Origin: Oligoflexales bacterium
Lineage (GTDB): Bacteria; Bdellovibrionota_B; Oligoflexia; Oligoflexales; RGVZ01
Direction: 5' to 3'
Length of the DNA: 64,000 nt
Assembly: GCA_947479535.1 (NCBI GenBank)
Contig: CANJZQ010000005.1
Span: 32,401 to 96,400, forward strand
Below are positions 1 to 11,053 of this stretch, piece by piece (position 1 is the first letter of the stretch; every line of letters starts with the position of its first letter). The notes beneath the pieces were generated by a model, which saw nothing but the letters and a program-made list of their open reading frames with translations, made no database searches and was not told where the DNA came from. A program made the translations under genes and the position numbers.

Positions 1-75
1 ATCAAAGGGTCGCGCGGGATGGCGATGGAGCGGGTCTGGGAGATCCTTCAAAGCCCTGTGGCACAAGACCTGTAG
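1..75 (+). CDS. murF: 3' end of UDP-MurNAc-tripeptide--D-Ala-D-Ala ligase (MurF-like), partial
   Basis: Frame 1 reads IKGSRGMAMERVWEILQSPVAQDL*. KGSRGMxMERV is the typical MurF C-terminal motif; only 24 aa are visible. Confidence 0.7.
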   Translation: MKGSRGMAMERVWEILQSPVAQDL

Positions 76-176
76 AAGTAGTTTTTAGTTTTTGCTGACA
101 GCACCAAACCGATCCGATACCATCTTAGCAAGTAAGTGAAAAAGCTCAGTAACTCGACGCAATTTGGGACAAATCC

Positions 177-1472
177 ATGGGGAAGATCCATTGGATATGC
201 GCGGCGTTCGTAACGCCACTGTTGGTCTCTGCCGCGGCCCTGGCAGGAACCTACGAAGATATTGCGCGTCCCTTCTCCTACGAGCTTTATACATCCGAGA
301 TTTTTCCGTGGATTGACGGCGCCCGTCAGGGCGAGATCAATGACTCGGCTGGCAAGATGGCCGATGGCTTGAAGAAATTTGTCGACTCCACCAATCAACG
401 CATAGAGATCGCCGTTTACGGTGTCCAGAAACAAGAGTGGTTTCTGGAATCACTGCGCTACCTGAAGCGTCGTGCCAATGACGTAACGGTCGAGGCGGTT
501 GTCGACCAGCGTCAAGGCGAAGTTGATGATTGGGATCCGGAAAACTTTGATTACCCGGACACTGTGAAGATGGCCGGACTTCTTGGGTCGGGATCTGTAA
601 AGCCTGATACAGACCGTCGGGGCAATGCCAACGTCAATTCGATCATGCACAACAAGTTCATCGTGGTTGATCGCAAGAAAGTATGGCTTGGCAGCGCAAA
701 CATTTCCCACACCGACGTAGGCAGTGAGTACAACGCCAATGTCGCAATGGTGGTGAAAAACCCAGAGATCGCCCGGATTTATTCGGATGAGTTTCGTCAG
801 ATGTTCCGGCACGGACGTTTTTCATCGGTAAAAATTCCACGGGCCGTTCAAAAACCGTTACGGTTCTCTGATGGTACGATCGTTGAAGTGTTTTTTTCTC
901 CGCAAGATGATCCAATGAACCGCGCCATTTTGGAATTTATTCGACGCTCCAAACGTTCCCTCGACATCTCGATGTTTTTCCTGACGGATACCAAGGCTGC
1001 GACGGCTCTAAAGGACGCCGTCAAGCGGGGCGTCAAGGTTCGCCTGATTTACGATGCCCTTGCAGGATCCCATGCTGCATCAAAACACAGTTGGTTGCGC
1101 GATCAGGGCATCGACGTCAGGGTTGAGAACTGGGGCGGGAAAATGCACATGAAGGCCGCAATTTCGGACGGCACCGACGTGTTGCTTGGATCCCTGAACT
1201 GGTCGTCGGCGGGATCGATGAAAAATGACGAGAACACAATGGTGATCCGTCATAGCCAGGGCGTTGCAGGTGAAATGTCGGATTACTTCGCAGGCCTTTG
1301 GAGCACTCTTGGACCTGTTGATGATGGTGGCAGCGATCGTCGGGCCGGCCGTAATCCTTTGCGCGACCCGCGGGCAGAGGGGATCGAATCGATCAACTCC
1401 TGCCAAGATGGCATAGATAACGATCATGACGGGTCGGTTGACGCCGATGATGACGGATGCTCGATCCGCTAG
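177..1472 (+). CDS. Secreted phospholipase D/nuclease-superfamily protein
   Basis: Signal peptide, two HKD motifs (MHNKFIVVD, MHMKAAISD) with downstream GSxN, and a C-terminal CxDGIDNDxDGxxDxDDxGC acidic metal-binding motif. Confidence 0.85.
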   Translation: MGKIHWICAAFVTPLLVSAAALAGTYEDIARPFSYELYTSEIFPWIDGARQGEINDSAGKMADGLKKFVDSTNQRIEIAVYGVQKQEWFLESLRYLKRRANDVTVEAVVDQRQGEVDDWDPENFDYPDTVKMAGLLGSGSVKPDTDRRGNANVNSIMHNKFIVVDRKKVWLGSANISHTDVGSEYNANVAMVVKNPEIARIYSDEFRQMFRHGRFSSVKIPRAVQKPLRFSDGTIVEVFFSPQDDPMNRAILEFIRRSKRSLDISMFFLTDTKAATALKDAVKRGVKVRLIYDALAGSHAASKHSWLRDQGIDVRVENWGGKMHMKAAISDGTDVLLGSLNWSSAGSMKNDENTMVIRHSQGVAGEMSDYFAGLWSTLGPVDDGGSDRRAGRNPLRDPRAEGIESINSCQDGIDNDHDGSVDADDDGCSIR

Positions 1473-3625
1473 GCAGCCACACCCAACACAATCAACGTCC
1501 GGTCGTCCGGCAACGGTGTTTTCTGAAATCCTGAAAATTGCAGGACCAACTCCTTTATTTCGGAGGCCGTCTCCGCGGGCGCATCGGCATTAAGATTCTG
1601 ACGCAGAAAACGCACAAGGTGAGCAACCTGTTGGCTGGTCGTGAAGAACCCGTCGGTGGCAATCAGAAGAAACGATCCGCGCTCCAAGCGCATCGCGGAA
1701 AGTTTGCGGTTTGGCAGGATCACCGGCGCAATCGTCCAAATTGTTTTTTCTTCTCCCTCCACGCCGCCAGATGAGCGGGTCAGAAGCAAAGGCATGGGGA
1801 AATTTGACCGGAAGATTTCGATGGCTCCCGTCTTCACATCGAATTCAAGTCCAAGCATGGTGTTCATCTCTTCGTCGCCCCCAAGGCGATTTAGAAAAGA
1901 CTGCACTTGACCGTCGAACCTGACGAGGCGGTCGCGCCTCCGGTCTTGAACGACGCTACCTCCACTCCACAAGGTTTGGGCGATGACATTGGTGGCCGAT
2001 GCCTTCAAGGCTGCCTGGACGCCATGCCCCGTCAGATCTGACAAGATCACGGTGAGTTGCTGTGAGTGTAGATTCCAATCAATGAAATACATGTCCCCTG
2101 CAACATAGACGGCCGCCTCGTGATGGCAGTCGATCATGACCGGCAAAGGGATCTCTGGGATTCTGAGGAAAGTCGCCTGAACGGACTTTCCCAATTCCAT
2201 TTCACGTTCAATTGATTGGGCCCTGACCTCAGAACCAGAAAGTGCTTTAACCCTCGTCTCGAGGGATGAAATATTGATGAAAGCACTGAAGGCAAGGAGC
2301 CAGGCTGAAATTGGCTGAAGGATGTCCACCAGTTCCGTGAACAGTTCGTTTCTTGAAATAAAAGGAAGGTATTGCCCCAACGGATCGACGATCTGTTCAA
2401 AAAATCCGACAGCGGCAACACTGAGGGCTGCGACCCTCCACGGGAGTTTTCGGCCGACGAGGATTGTGGCAGCCCGCGCGCAAACGACAACTCCTGTTCC
2501 GCCTGCGATGATGTCACGGATGTTTGGGATCTCCGCAGGAAAAGTCCAGCCGAGTCGTTTTTCCTCAACGCGGACGTAGCCGTAGAGGAGAGATAATGGA
2601 ACTCCGAAGATGAACCACCATTTCGTTGACTTGGGCGCGATCCTGGCCAGCTGTAACGCAAAATAAATCCGGAACAGGTCGCCCATCTGAAAACAAAAAT
2701 TTGAGACAAGTCCCTTTTCAATGCCAGGCAACCAGTCAAACTTAAAGCTCATGGCGATCGCTTCAAAACCCATGAATAACGCTAGGCCCAGGGACTCTGG
2801 CGAGGCGTCGACGACAAGAAAAAGAACCAGCGCAAAAACAGCCATGATCATTCTGCCAACAAAGCCGACGTAGTCTCCTCGCCCGATCCGGTCGGCCGAG
2901 GCAAACTCGTTGAGGTCTTTGTACTCGCTGAATGGCATCACGAGCATGGACTGTTCTGCTTTCGATAAATCCGGAAGACCCACGGGCATCAAAGGCGGCT
3001 TTGCTTTTGGTTGTTTGTGCAACTGAATTTCAATGTCGAGCATTCCGCCTGGGATCTGCGACCCGCCCAAAGGCAGCGGCAAGACAATGCGTTCACCCTC
3101 TAAAAATTGGCGGACAAACCGTCCGTTGACGGTGACTTTTGCGGTTTTGAAAAACAAGGCAGGCAGGACTAGAACAGGCGGTGAAGTCGATTCAACGAGT
3201 GGGGCGGCCAGACCTGCTGGCACGCGGATTTGCAAAGTGACTTCCTCGGGAATGACCATCGTGGCGAGGTCTGCCCTTGAGATTTCGCCCTGGCCGGCGA
3301 TGTGCCAAACGAGGGCGTGTTCATCCGGCGCTTTGATCAGACTTCTGCCCGACACATATTTATCGATGCTTTGTCGGCTTTGTGCCAAGGCGATTAGAAA
3401 GATCATAAGCAAGGCAAAGAGGCTTGCAGTTACGGCCAAGGTCGCCGAATTTCGATTTTCGTCAACGGGGCGGCCTTTGGCGCGCAACGAATACCAGCGG
3501 TCAAAAGTTGCCGACGACAACCCTTTAATCATGATATTTTTTAGTTGTTTCCAGTACTTCAGCATACGCTCCCCATCCCAAATGGAATCGGCAAAAACAC
3601 GGGAGTCCGTAGTAAGGGTCGTCAT
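1469..3625 (-). CDS. Membrane-bound SpoIIE/PP2C-family phosphatase with extracytoplasmic and multi-TM sensor region
   Basis: C-terminal motifs AGDMY, SDLTGHG, ATDG and DDRT, preceded by several hydrophobic helices. Start uncertain. Confidence 0.8.
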   Translation of the reverse strand: MTTLTTDSRVFADSIWDGERMLKYWKQLKNIMIKGLSSATFDRWYSLRAKGRPVDENRNSATLAVTASLFALLMIFLIALAQSRQSIDKYVSGRSLIKAPDEHALVWHIAGQGEISRADLATMVIPEEVTLQIRVPAGLAAPLVESTSPPVLVLPALFFKTAKVTVNGRFVRQFLEGERIVLPLPLGGSQIPGGMLDIEIQLHKQPKAKPPLMPVGLPDLSKAEQSMLVMPFSEYKDLNEFASADRIGRGDYVGFVGRMIMAVFALVLFLVVDASPESLGLALFMGFEAIAMSFKFDWLPGIEKGLVSNFCFQMGDLFRIYFALQLARIAPKSTKWWFIFGVPLSLLYGYVRVEEKRLGWTFPAEIPNIRDIIAGGTGVVVCARAATILVGRKLPWRVAALSVAAVGFFEQIVDPLGQYLPFISRNELFTELVDILQPISAWLLAFSAFINISSLETRVKALSGSEVRAQSIEREMELGKSVQATFLRIPEIPLPVMIDCHHEAAVYVAGDMYFIDWNLHSQQLTVILSDLTGHGVQAALKASATNVIAQTLWSGGSVVQDRRRDRLVRFDGQVQSFLNRLGGDEEMNTMLGLEFDVKTGAIEIFRSNFPMPLLLTRSSGGVEGEEKTIWTIAPVILPNRKLSAMRLERGSFLLIATDGFFTTSQQVAHLVRFLRQNLNADAPAETASEIKELVLQFSGFQKTPLPDDRTLIVLGVAA

Positions 3626-3696
3626 TAGTCCTGCAAGGCGCTATAATGACAGGACAATATTTTTGATTTGCAGGATTGCGGGAATCCGGAGGAAGC

Positions 3697-4806
3697 ATGA
3701 CAAAAAAGACGCTGGTATTACTTTATGGTGGGCGGTCAACGGAACATGATGTTGCCTGTCGCAGTGCCGCTTTTGTCTATCGTTCGCTAAACCGTACAAA
3801 GTACGACCTTCATCTTGTCGGCATCGACAAGAGTGGTGACTGGTACCCACAGACTGACACAGCGAAGTGGGAAACAGACCCGGCTTCACTTCCGATCCAA
3901 CGCAACCAAAAGTCCAGTGCAACAGTTCACCATCCGCTGAACCCGCGAGATGCGCTGGCCGCTTTGTGTGGCCTCGAAACAAAAAATCTTTCGGACTGCA
4001 TCTTTTTTCCTATGATCCACGGCGCATCCGGAGAAGACGGAACCTTGCAGGGTTTTTTTGAACTGGCGGGAGTTCCGTTTATCGGTCCAGACACTTTGGG
4101 TTCTGCCGTTGGCATGGACAAGGTGGTTGCCAAGCGGCTTGCTGCTTCCGCCGGAATTCCAGTGGTACCCTTTGTTGAGGTAAACGATGAAATCTGGGCC
4201 GACGGGAAAGAGTCGATTTGCCGCCGCGCCATTGACCTGCTCGGGCTTCCCTTGTTTGTGAAGCCGGCGCGACTTGGTAGTTCTGTCGGCATCAAGAAAG
4301 TGAAAACGGCCGCAGACTTGCCGACAGCGATCGAGCAGGCTCTTGAATTTGACGACAAGGTTCTGATTGAGATCGGCCTTGAAGTTCGCGAGGTTGAGTG
4401 CGCCATGCTCGGGACAACACGGGCAAAGCCATCGGTTGTGGGGGAAGTGATCCTTGACGCGGATTTTTACTCGTATGAAGAAAAATACGCGAAGGATTCG
4501 CGCGCCTCGACCCGGGTTCCTGCCGATCTGACCCCCGAACTGACCCTGGAAATTCAAAAACTTTCTGGCCGGCTGTTTGAAGTCCTTTCCCTTTATGGCA
4601 TGGCTCGCGTGGATTGGTTTGTGGATAAAAAAACGGGGCAGATCTACTTCAACGAGGTCAACACCATCCCCGGCTTCACTGAAGTTTCCCACTATCCATT
4701 GTTCTGGTCCAAATCCGGCAAGGACGGCACCACCTTGTTGTCGGATCTGATCGAACTTGGCCTGCGCCGGGCAAAAGTCAAAGGCGCGCTAAAGCGCGAG
4801 GCTTGA
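3697..4806 (+). CDS. ddl: D-alanine--D-alanine ligase
   Basis: YGGRSTEHDV, HGASGEDG, GSSVG, YSYEEKY and NEVNTIPG motifs; GGAGGA RBS before ATG 3697. Confidence 0.95.
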   Translation: MTKKTLVLLYGGRSTEHDVACRSAAFVYRSLNRTKYDLHLVGIDKSGDWYPQTDTAKWETDPASLPIQRNQKSSATVHHPLNPRDALAALCGLETKNLSDCIFFPMIHGASGEDGTLQGFFELAGVPFIGPDTLGSAVGMDKVVAKRLAASAGIPVVPFVEVNDEIWADGKESICRRAIDLLGLPLFVKPARLGSSVGIKKVKTAADLPTAIEQALEFDDKVLIEIGLEVREVECAMLGTTRAKPSVVGEVILDADFYSYEEKYAKDSRASTRVPADLTPELTLEIQKLSGRLFEVLSLYGMARVDWFVDKKTGQIYFNEVNTIPGFTEVSHYPLFWSKSGKDGTTLLSDLIELGLRRAKVKGALKREA

Positions 4807-4827
4807 TCGGGCGGTGGACGGCGGCCT

Positions 4828-5526
4828 TTAGAATGGAGGCTCAACCAGCCAGTTTCCGGCGATGACCGCGGCAAGGTTCTCGCAGGTCAACTGCGCGCCG
4901 GCCTTTTTCAAAACGACCTCTGGGTGTTGCGTGGTCAGCCCGACCGCAAACATCCCGGCCTTTACTGCGGCATGGATTCCGTGAACGCTGTCTTCAAAGA
5001 CAATGGTCCGTTTGTGATCCAAATGAGAGATGCCAAGGCGCATGGCACACAAAAGGAAAACATCTGGTGCAGGCTTTGGGTTCCTCACATCCTCAACCGA
5101 AACCACCAACGGAACGTCAAGTCCGAGGGTTCCCAACGTTTGTGTGATGAAGGCACGGTTTGCGTTGCTGGCTATTCCCCAGGGAAGATTCTGCGCCGCC
5201 AATCTTCTAAACAAATCCTTGGTTCCCGGCAGGGCTTCGACGGCATCTTTTTGAGATTCCAAAGCCTCTCGCTTCAGGCGAACAAGTTCAGGCGCTTTTG
5301 CGGGGTGCCCGGCCTCCTTGGCCAGCAGCATTCCGATGGCGCCTGTGGAATGGCCGATCAGTCTGGTGGGGTCGACCAAAGAACTGCCGAAGAGCGCGCT
5401 AGCGGCGGCCTCCCAAGCACGCAAGTGGGTGCCCAAGCTGTCGACAACGACGCCGTCGAAATCAAAAATGAAACCCGCTGCAGGTTTTGCCAAGGCGTTA
5501 TTCTCCTCAGTCGTGTATGCTTTCAT
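4828..5526 (-). CDS. HAD-superfamily phosphatase (beta-PGM/CbbY-like)
   Basis: FDFDGVVVDS, KPAPDVF and FEDS motifs. Confidence 0.9.
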   Translation of the reverse strand: MKAYTTEENNALAKPAAGFIFDFDGVVVDSLGTHLRAWEAAASALFGSSLVDPTRLIGHSTGAIGMLLAKEAGHPAKAPELVRLKREALESQKDAVEALPGTKDLFRRLAAQNLPWGIASNANRAFITQTLGTLGLDVPLVVSVEDVRNPKPAPDVFLLCAMRLGISHLDHKRTIVFEDSVHGIHAAVKAGMFAVGLTTQHPEVVLKKAGAQLTCENLAAVIAGNWLVEPPF

Positions 5527-5546
5527 TTCCAGTGAAAGGCAAGATC

Positions 5547-6143
5547 ATGCAGAAGCGAATTTCAAGGTCATTGCTGTGGTTGTTTCTGATGGTGATTGGA
5601 AGCATCACGCTGGACCAGGCGTCAAAGGTACACGCGGAGCGTTCGCTTCGTGTCTGGGAAGATTCCAACGACCTTACGGCGTATCGTGGACGGAGGGTTC
5701 CCCTTGGAGCCATTGGCAACGAACATGATGCCACAGGTCGCTCGCAATACATCGCACTCAACCTGAACTATGTTCGCAACCAGGGTGCCGCCTGGGGGAT
5801 GCTGTCTGACGCCAAAGACCATTTTCGAGTGCCGTTTTTCTTTTTGGTCACGGCGATCGCTCTGGTGGCAATTGGGTTCTACTTTCGCGCGACGCCGCCC
5901 CATCACAAGTTGGCCCGTTATGCCTTGGCCCTGATTTTTTCGGGAGCCATTGGAAATTTTATTGATCGCGTCCGTCTTGGCTACGTCATCGACTGGATCG
6001 ACGTACACTGGCGCATTTTTGGCTGGCAATATTACTTCCCAAATTTCAACGTCGCAGACTCTGCCATTACGGTTGGAGTTACCTTGCTGCTCGTGGACAC
6101 GATTTTGCTGGAACGTCAAAGGCAGATAGAGGGCCGTTTATAG
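5547..6143 (+). CDS. lspA: Lipoprotein signal peptidase II
   Basis: DQASK, NQGAAWG, GAIGNFIDR and FNVADSAI motifs. Confidence 0.95.
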   Translation: MQKRISRSLLWLFLMVIGSITLDQASKVHAERSLRVWEDSNDLTAYRGRRVPLGAIGNEHDATGRSQYIALNLNYVRNQGAAWGMLSDAKDHFRVPFFFLVTAIALVAIGFYFRATPPHHKLARYALALIFSGAIGNFIDRVRLGYVIDWIDVHWRIFGWQYYFPNFNVADSAITVGVTLLLVDTILLERQRQIEGRL

Positions 6144-6155
6144 GGGGTAACTTCG

Positions 6156-8618
6156 ATGGCACAAATGCTTCTCCGAAATGCGACATCAAAGGTGGCGGAG
6201 GCGCTTCAGGGTGCCATCATGGAACTCGTCAACCTCCAAAAGTCAGTCGTCACTGCAGAAGTTTTGATCCTTGCCCTGGTCGAGCAAAAGGATTCCGTCG
6301 TCATCCGGATCTTTGAGGAACTGAAGCGCGATTCTGGTGCGCTGCGCCGCGAACTTTCCGACCGGATCCTGGCCCACGCACAAACCTTGCCGGACATCCC
6401 CCAGGGCAAGACGGGCAGCATGAGGATTTCGCAAGAACTTCAAAATCTTTTTGAAGCCGCAGACATTCAAAGAAAAAAATTCGGTGACGACTACGTTTCG
6501 ACGGGAGCTGTGTTTCTTGCCGGTTTTGACAAGGGCGTCCCTGGCGCCCGCCAGATCCTTCTCGACTGCGGTCTGGATTATGAAACGAGTTACAAAGCCC
6601 TTTCAGCCATCCGCGGCAATTTGAAAATCGATCAGAAGGACGATGAGTCCCGTCAGAGCATGATCGATAAATACACGACAGACATGACAGCCCTCGCCCG
6701 ACGTGGTGCGCTCGATCCTGTGATCGGCCGCGAGCCAGAAATCGAGCGTGTGATTGAAATTCTTTCGCGGCGGAAGAAGAACAATCCTGTCTTGATTGGT
6801 GAACCTGGCGTTGGGAAGACTGTCATTGTCGAGGGGTTGGCCCAACGAATCATTGCCGCCAATGTTCCAGAGCACCTGCTCAACAAGAGGGTCTTGTCAC
6901 TGGAGATGGGATCTCTGATCGCTGGCGCAAAGATGCAGGGTGAATTCGAGGAGCGCCTCAAGACCATCATTGATGAGGTGGTCTCTTCGGCTGGTGAAAT
7001 CATCGTCTTTATCGACGAACTTCACACGGTTGTTGGTGCGGGGCGGACTGGTGGGGGCCTGGATGCCTCAAATATGCTGAAGCCGGCTTTAGCCCGGGGC
7101 ATGATGCAGTGCATTGGGGCTACGACCAACCGTGAGTACAAGCAATACATAGAGTCAGACAAGGCTTTGGAGCGTCGATTCCAGCCGGTTCGCGTGCCGC
7201 AGCCAACGGTTGCCCAGACGGTGGAGATTTTGAAGGGGCTCCGGCCAAAATATGAAGCCCATCATCAGATTGAGTATACCGATGCTGGTTTGATTGCTGC
7301 GGCCGAGATGTCGGACCGTTATATTTCTGAACGATTTCTGCCCGACAAGGCGATCGACTTGATTGATGAGGCAGGATCCTTGAAGCACCTCAAGGTGATT
7401 CACACCCCCCAGGCATTGAGAACCCTCGAGTCTGAGAGGCAAGCACTCTTGGAGAAAAAAGCCGAAGCGTTCAAGGCGCAAGACTTTGAGCAAATGGCTG
7501 CTCACCAGATGGAACTTTCTCGCGTCGAGGCAAAAATCACAGCGGAACGACATAATCAGCAATCCGCAATGAGCGAGACGGAGCGGCGTGTCGACGCCAG
7601 CGACATTGCGGCGGTGGTGCACAGGCTCACTGGAATTCCGGTTGAGAAAATGATTTCGGCCGAAGCAGAACGGCTGCGTAATCTTGAGGCTCACCTGCAG
7701 GCTCGCGTGATTGGGCAGACTCACGCCGTGCACTCTGTGGCAAACGCGATCCGACGCAATCGGGCTGGCCTTCGGAAGCCCGATGCCCCAATTGCATCCT
7801 TTTTATTTCTGGGTCCAACAGGAGTCGGAAAAACGGAGTTGGCTAAAGCCATTGCGACAGAACTCATGGGAGATGAGTCGAAGATTGTTCGCATCGACAT
7901 GTCGGAATATATGGAAAAACATTCCGTCTCAAAACTGGTGGGATCTCCCCCTGGATACGTGGGCTATGGCGAAGGTGGCCAGTTGACCGAAAAAGTCCGG
8001 CAGCAGCCATACTCTGTCGTGCTGTTTGACGAGTTTGAGAAGGCACACCCCGACATCTATAATTTACTCCTGCAGGTTCTTGATGAGGGCTGGCTGACGG
8101 ACAGCGAGGGGCAACGGGTTAGTTTTAGAAACTGTGTGATCATCGGCACGTCAAACATCGGTTCTGAACATCTAAATTTGAAGAAGCGGCCGATGGGGAT
8201 TGCCGCCCAATCAGAACCAGTGGATGAAGGTGCGGAAAAAAGCCTGGTCATGAGCGAAGTTAAAAATTATCTGCGCCCAGAGTTCATCAACCGCTTGGAT
8301 GAAATTATTGTTTTCCACCGACTGGGAGCCTCGGAACTACAAGCCATCCTTGAGATTCAGCTGAAGGATCTCGCCAGGCGGATGGAACCACTTGGGTTTA
8401 CGATGGAACTGTCAGAAGAAGCGCGGTCCGCTTTGCTGGAAGGCATCGATGCCTCGACTTATGGAGCTCGACCCTTGCGCCGGCGGATTGAACAGACGGT
8501 CGAAAACGAAATCGCAAACCTGCTTGTATCCGAAAATCCACCCTCTTCCGGAGTAATCAAGGTGGACTACGAGGACGGGAAATTTAAATTATCCGCAGTC
8601 GCTCAGAGGAAGTCGTGA
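6156..8618 (+). CDS. clpC: Clp protease ATP-binding subunit, ClpC-like
   Basis: Clp N-domain, two AAA+ modules ([16 protein letters not shown]) and a short UVR-type middle domain ([10 protein letters not shown]); 820 aa. Confidence 0.8.
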   Translation: MAQMLLRNATSKVAEALQGAIMELVNLQKSVVTAEVLILALVEQKDSVVIRIFEELKRDSGALRRELSDRILAHAQTLPDIPQGKTGSMRISQELQNLFEAADIQRKKFGDDYVSTGAVFLAGFDKGVPGARQILLDCGLDYETSYKALSAIRGNLKIDQKDDESRQSMIDKYTTDMTALARRGALDPVIGREPEIERVIEILSRRKKNNPVLIGEPGVGKTVIVEGLAQRIIAANVPEHLLNKRVLSLEMGSLIAGAKMQGEFEERLKTIIDEVVSSAGEIIVFIDELHTVVGAGRTGGGLDASNMLKPALARGMMQCIGATTNREYKQYIESDKALERRFQPVRVPQPTVAQTVEILKGLRPKYEAHHQIEYTDAGLIAAAEMSDRYISERFLPDKAIDLIDEAGSLKHLKVIHTPQALRTLESERQALLEKKAEAFKAQDFEQMAAHQMELSRVEAKITAERHNQQSAMSETERRVDASDIAAVVHRLTGIPVEKMISAEAERLRNLEAHLQARVIGQTHAVHSVANAIRRNRAGLRKPDAPIASFLFLGPTGVGKTELAKAIATELMGDESKIVRIDMSEYMEKHSVSKLVGSPPGYVGYGEGGQLTEKVRQQPYSVVLFDEFEKAHPDIYNLLLQVLDEGWLTDSEGQRVSFRNCVIIGTSNIGSEHLNLKKRPMGIAAQSEPVDEGAEKSLVMSEVKNYLRPEFINRLDEIIVFHRLGASELQAILEIQLKDLARRMEPLGFTMELSEEARSALLEGIDASTYGARPLRRRIEQTVENEIANLLVSENPPSSGVIKVDYEDGKFKLSAVAQRKS

Positions 8619-10921
8619 CCATTCGGTTCAAGAAAAAAAAATCAACGGTCCGCATTTTTTTGTTGGGACTTGTTGTTGGATTTCCTTTCTGTCTTCCATC
8701 TCCCCCGGCGCAAGCCGCCGGGGAGTCAGAAATATTGACCTCCCTGCGGCAAAGCCAGTTCAAGGAATCGGCGGATCAAAAGGTATTGATTCAAAACTTA
8801 AAGAAATCATACCGCGATTCGACCGGGGCTGCGCGCAGTCTGGTTGCGCTCGGCCTTGGTGCTGCTTATGCGAGACCTGCACCAGCCACGGCATTGCAGT
8901 ATCTTTCCTTGGCCCGGTCAGGCCTTGCGGCACGACAGGAATTTTCGCCGGCGCTTTCCTACTATACGGCCTTGTCCAAAAGCCTTTTGGGTTATCAAAC
9001 CGAGAGTGTTGAAATCATTCGACGCGAGATTGCCGGTGGGCGCGCAAAAGATGGCTGGAGCAGGGCCCTTCATTCTGTCCTCCTCGTGAACCTGGCAAAG
9101 TTGCAACGTAACGCGGAATTTCTTTCGACCTACCAGAATTTTGTGTCGCGCTTTCCAGCGACCAAGGGCTATCAGAGGTTTGCGGCGCAGTTTGCCCGGA
9201 CGCTCGATCAGCGGCCAATGCTCGAAACCTTTCCAAAGGCTTTGGAAGCACTTTCCCTCTCCTATCCATATTCGCCGGAGTCGTCTTGGGCGTTTCATCG
9301 GATGTTGTCACTTAAGTGCGACGTTGATCCAAAGGCTAAGTCCTTTGCCCTAGACCGTGACCTTTTGATTTCCTTAGGTAGGAATGCCAGCCTGGATGAG
9401 GGTGTGCGCGATCTGGTTGCTGTTCTTTTAGAGGGCCCCGTACGGGAGAGGAATCGAGCTGCTCGGAGCTTGGACGGTGTGGAACTGGTGGAGGCATTGA
9501 ATCGGGCGAAACTTGGCGATCAGGCGCTGGCGTTGGCCACGGATCAATTGGAGCGGGCACGGTTCTCGCGCGATCTGATCCTGGAGCAACGCATTCTGCC
9601 CCTCATGGGTCGTATTTATTACAATCAACAGGACTACCTTTCTGCCGACCGGATGTTTTCTCTCATGAGGGAGAAATTTCCTGCGGGGCTCGACGGTACG
9701 AAAATTCGAGAGCTGCTGGCCGAGAATTACGCAAAACTTGGATCACACCGTCTGGCGGCAGAAGAATACCTTGTTCTCTCGGAGCGCGAGCCCGGCAATC
9801 TCCATTTTTCATGGCAGTATTTCTGGGCACTTTACCGGTCTGGGCAGTGGAAAGAGGCTGAAAGTGAGCTTTTGCGCCGTGCAAGTGACGGTTCCGTTGA
9901 TCGCGAGGGTGGTGCTGATACTGGATTTTGGGCCGCAAGACTCGCCGGAAAAAGCGATTCCATGGCGGCGCAGGCGGCATACCAGCGCCTTGCAGATGAG
10001 CGTGCTGATAGCTTTTACGGGATCATGGCGAGTCTTGAACTTCCTCAAACTGGGTCGACTGGTTTGAGTTCGCCCGTTGTGTCGGAACCAAAAACTCAAA
10101 AAACGCCGCCTGCGCCTCTGGATTTAAAGGATCCAATTGGTGAGTTGAAATTGGTTGAATTGTTTCTTGAAGTGCAGATGACGGAAGCCGCACGTTTTCA
10201 AATGGCTGGAATTTCTTGGGATGATCAAGACGAAGAAAGCAGCGGCGTTCTTGGGAGATTTGCTTTTTCGGTTGGGAATTTCAGGGCTGGGTTGAGCGCT
10301 GCAAGTCGAATTCCCCGGGCCGCGACCGAACGAGTTCGTTCCTTCAACGGGTTGAAGGCTGAAAAGGCAAAAAAACCAGTCTGGCGCTTGTTATACCCGC
10401 TGGCCTATGCACCGCTGGTCGAAGAATTTGAACGGCAGGTTGGAATCGACAAATTTTTTATCCTTTCCATCATGAGGACCGAGAGCCACTACAATCCAGA
10501 AGCCCAGTCCGGCGCTGGCGCGCAAGGGCTTATGCAGATCATGCCCGCCACGGCGGTTCGCATTGCCAGACTCCTCGGAGATTCGAACTTCAACCTCCCA
10601 GACCTTAAAGAGCCCAGGGTCAGCATCGCCTACGGGGCTTATTATCTTCAAAAACTACTCAGGTATTATGGCGGAAATTACGGGCTTGCAGCAGCGGCCT
10701 ATAACGCTGGACCCATCGCAGTGAACAACTGGATTGAAGCGTGCCGCGGCTGTGACCTGCCAGAATTTGTGGAGTCGATTCCATACCGGGAAACCCGTCG
10801 TTATGTAAAAAGTATCATCAAGAACCTGGTGACCTACAAATCAATCTACGGCGGCACACCCTTCAGCCGCAACGACCTTGTGATGCCGGTGCAATTACCG
10901 GAAGGCGAAACACTCTTCTGA
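8615..10921 (+). CDS. Soluble lytic transglycosylase (Slt70-like) with TPR-like N-terminus
   Basis: IMRTES, GAQGLMQIMP, AAYNAG and IPYRETRRYV motifs; signal peptide. Confidence 0.9.
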   Translation: MTIRFKKKKSTVRIFLLGLVVGFPFCLPSPPAQAAGESEILTSLRQSQFKESADQKVLIQNLKKSYRDSTGAARSLVALGLGAAYARPAPATALQYLSLARSGLAARQEFSPALSYYTALSKSLLGYQTESVEIIRREIAGGRAKDGWSRALHSVLLVNLAKLQRNAEFLSTYQNFVSRFPATKGYQRFAAQFARTLDQRPMLETFPKALEALSLSYPYSPESSWAFHRMLSLKCDVDPKAKSFALDRDLLISLGRNASLDEGVRDLVAVLLEGPVRERNRAARSLDGVELVEALNRAKLGDQALALATDQLERARFSRDLILEQRILPLMGRIYYNQQDYLSADRMFSLMREKFPAGLDGTKIRELLAENYAKLGSHRLAAEEYLVLSEREPGNLHFSWQYFWALYRSGQWKEAESELLRRASDGSVDREGGADTGFWAARLAGKSDSMAAQAAYQRLADERADSFYGIMASLELPQTGSTGLSSPVVSEPKTQKTPPAPLDLKDPIGELKLVELFLEVQMTEAARFQMAGISWDDQDEESSGVLGRFAFSVGNFRAGLSAASRIPRAATERVRSFNGLKAEKAKKPVWRLLYPLAYAPLVEEFERQVGIDKFFILSIMRTESHYNPEAQSGAGAQGLMQIMPATAVRIARLLGDSNFNLPDLKEPRVSIAYGAYYLQKLLRYYGGNYGLAAAAYNAGPIAVNNWIEACRGCDLPEFVESIPYRETRRYVKSIIKNLVTYKSIYGGTPFSRNDLVMPVQLPEGETLF

Positions 10922-11053
10922 TCAACCTCGCCCTTCTTTGGCGGCGTCAAAACAATGACGCGTTGAGCAGAAACCAATCCGTTGGTTTATCATTGTAGTA
11001 GATCGTCGCAGTGCTGCCGATGGCGGCACGGTCGAAAACACCGGAGGCAGATC

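Noticed and set aside
177-1472. PLD as part of an anti-phage defence system
   Set aside because: It has a signal peptide and no neighbouring helicase, methylase or other defence genes.
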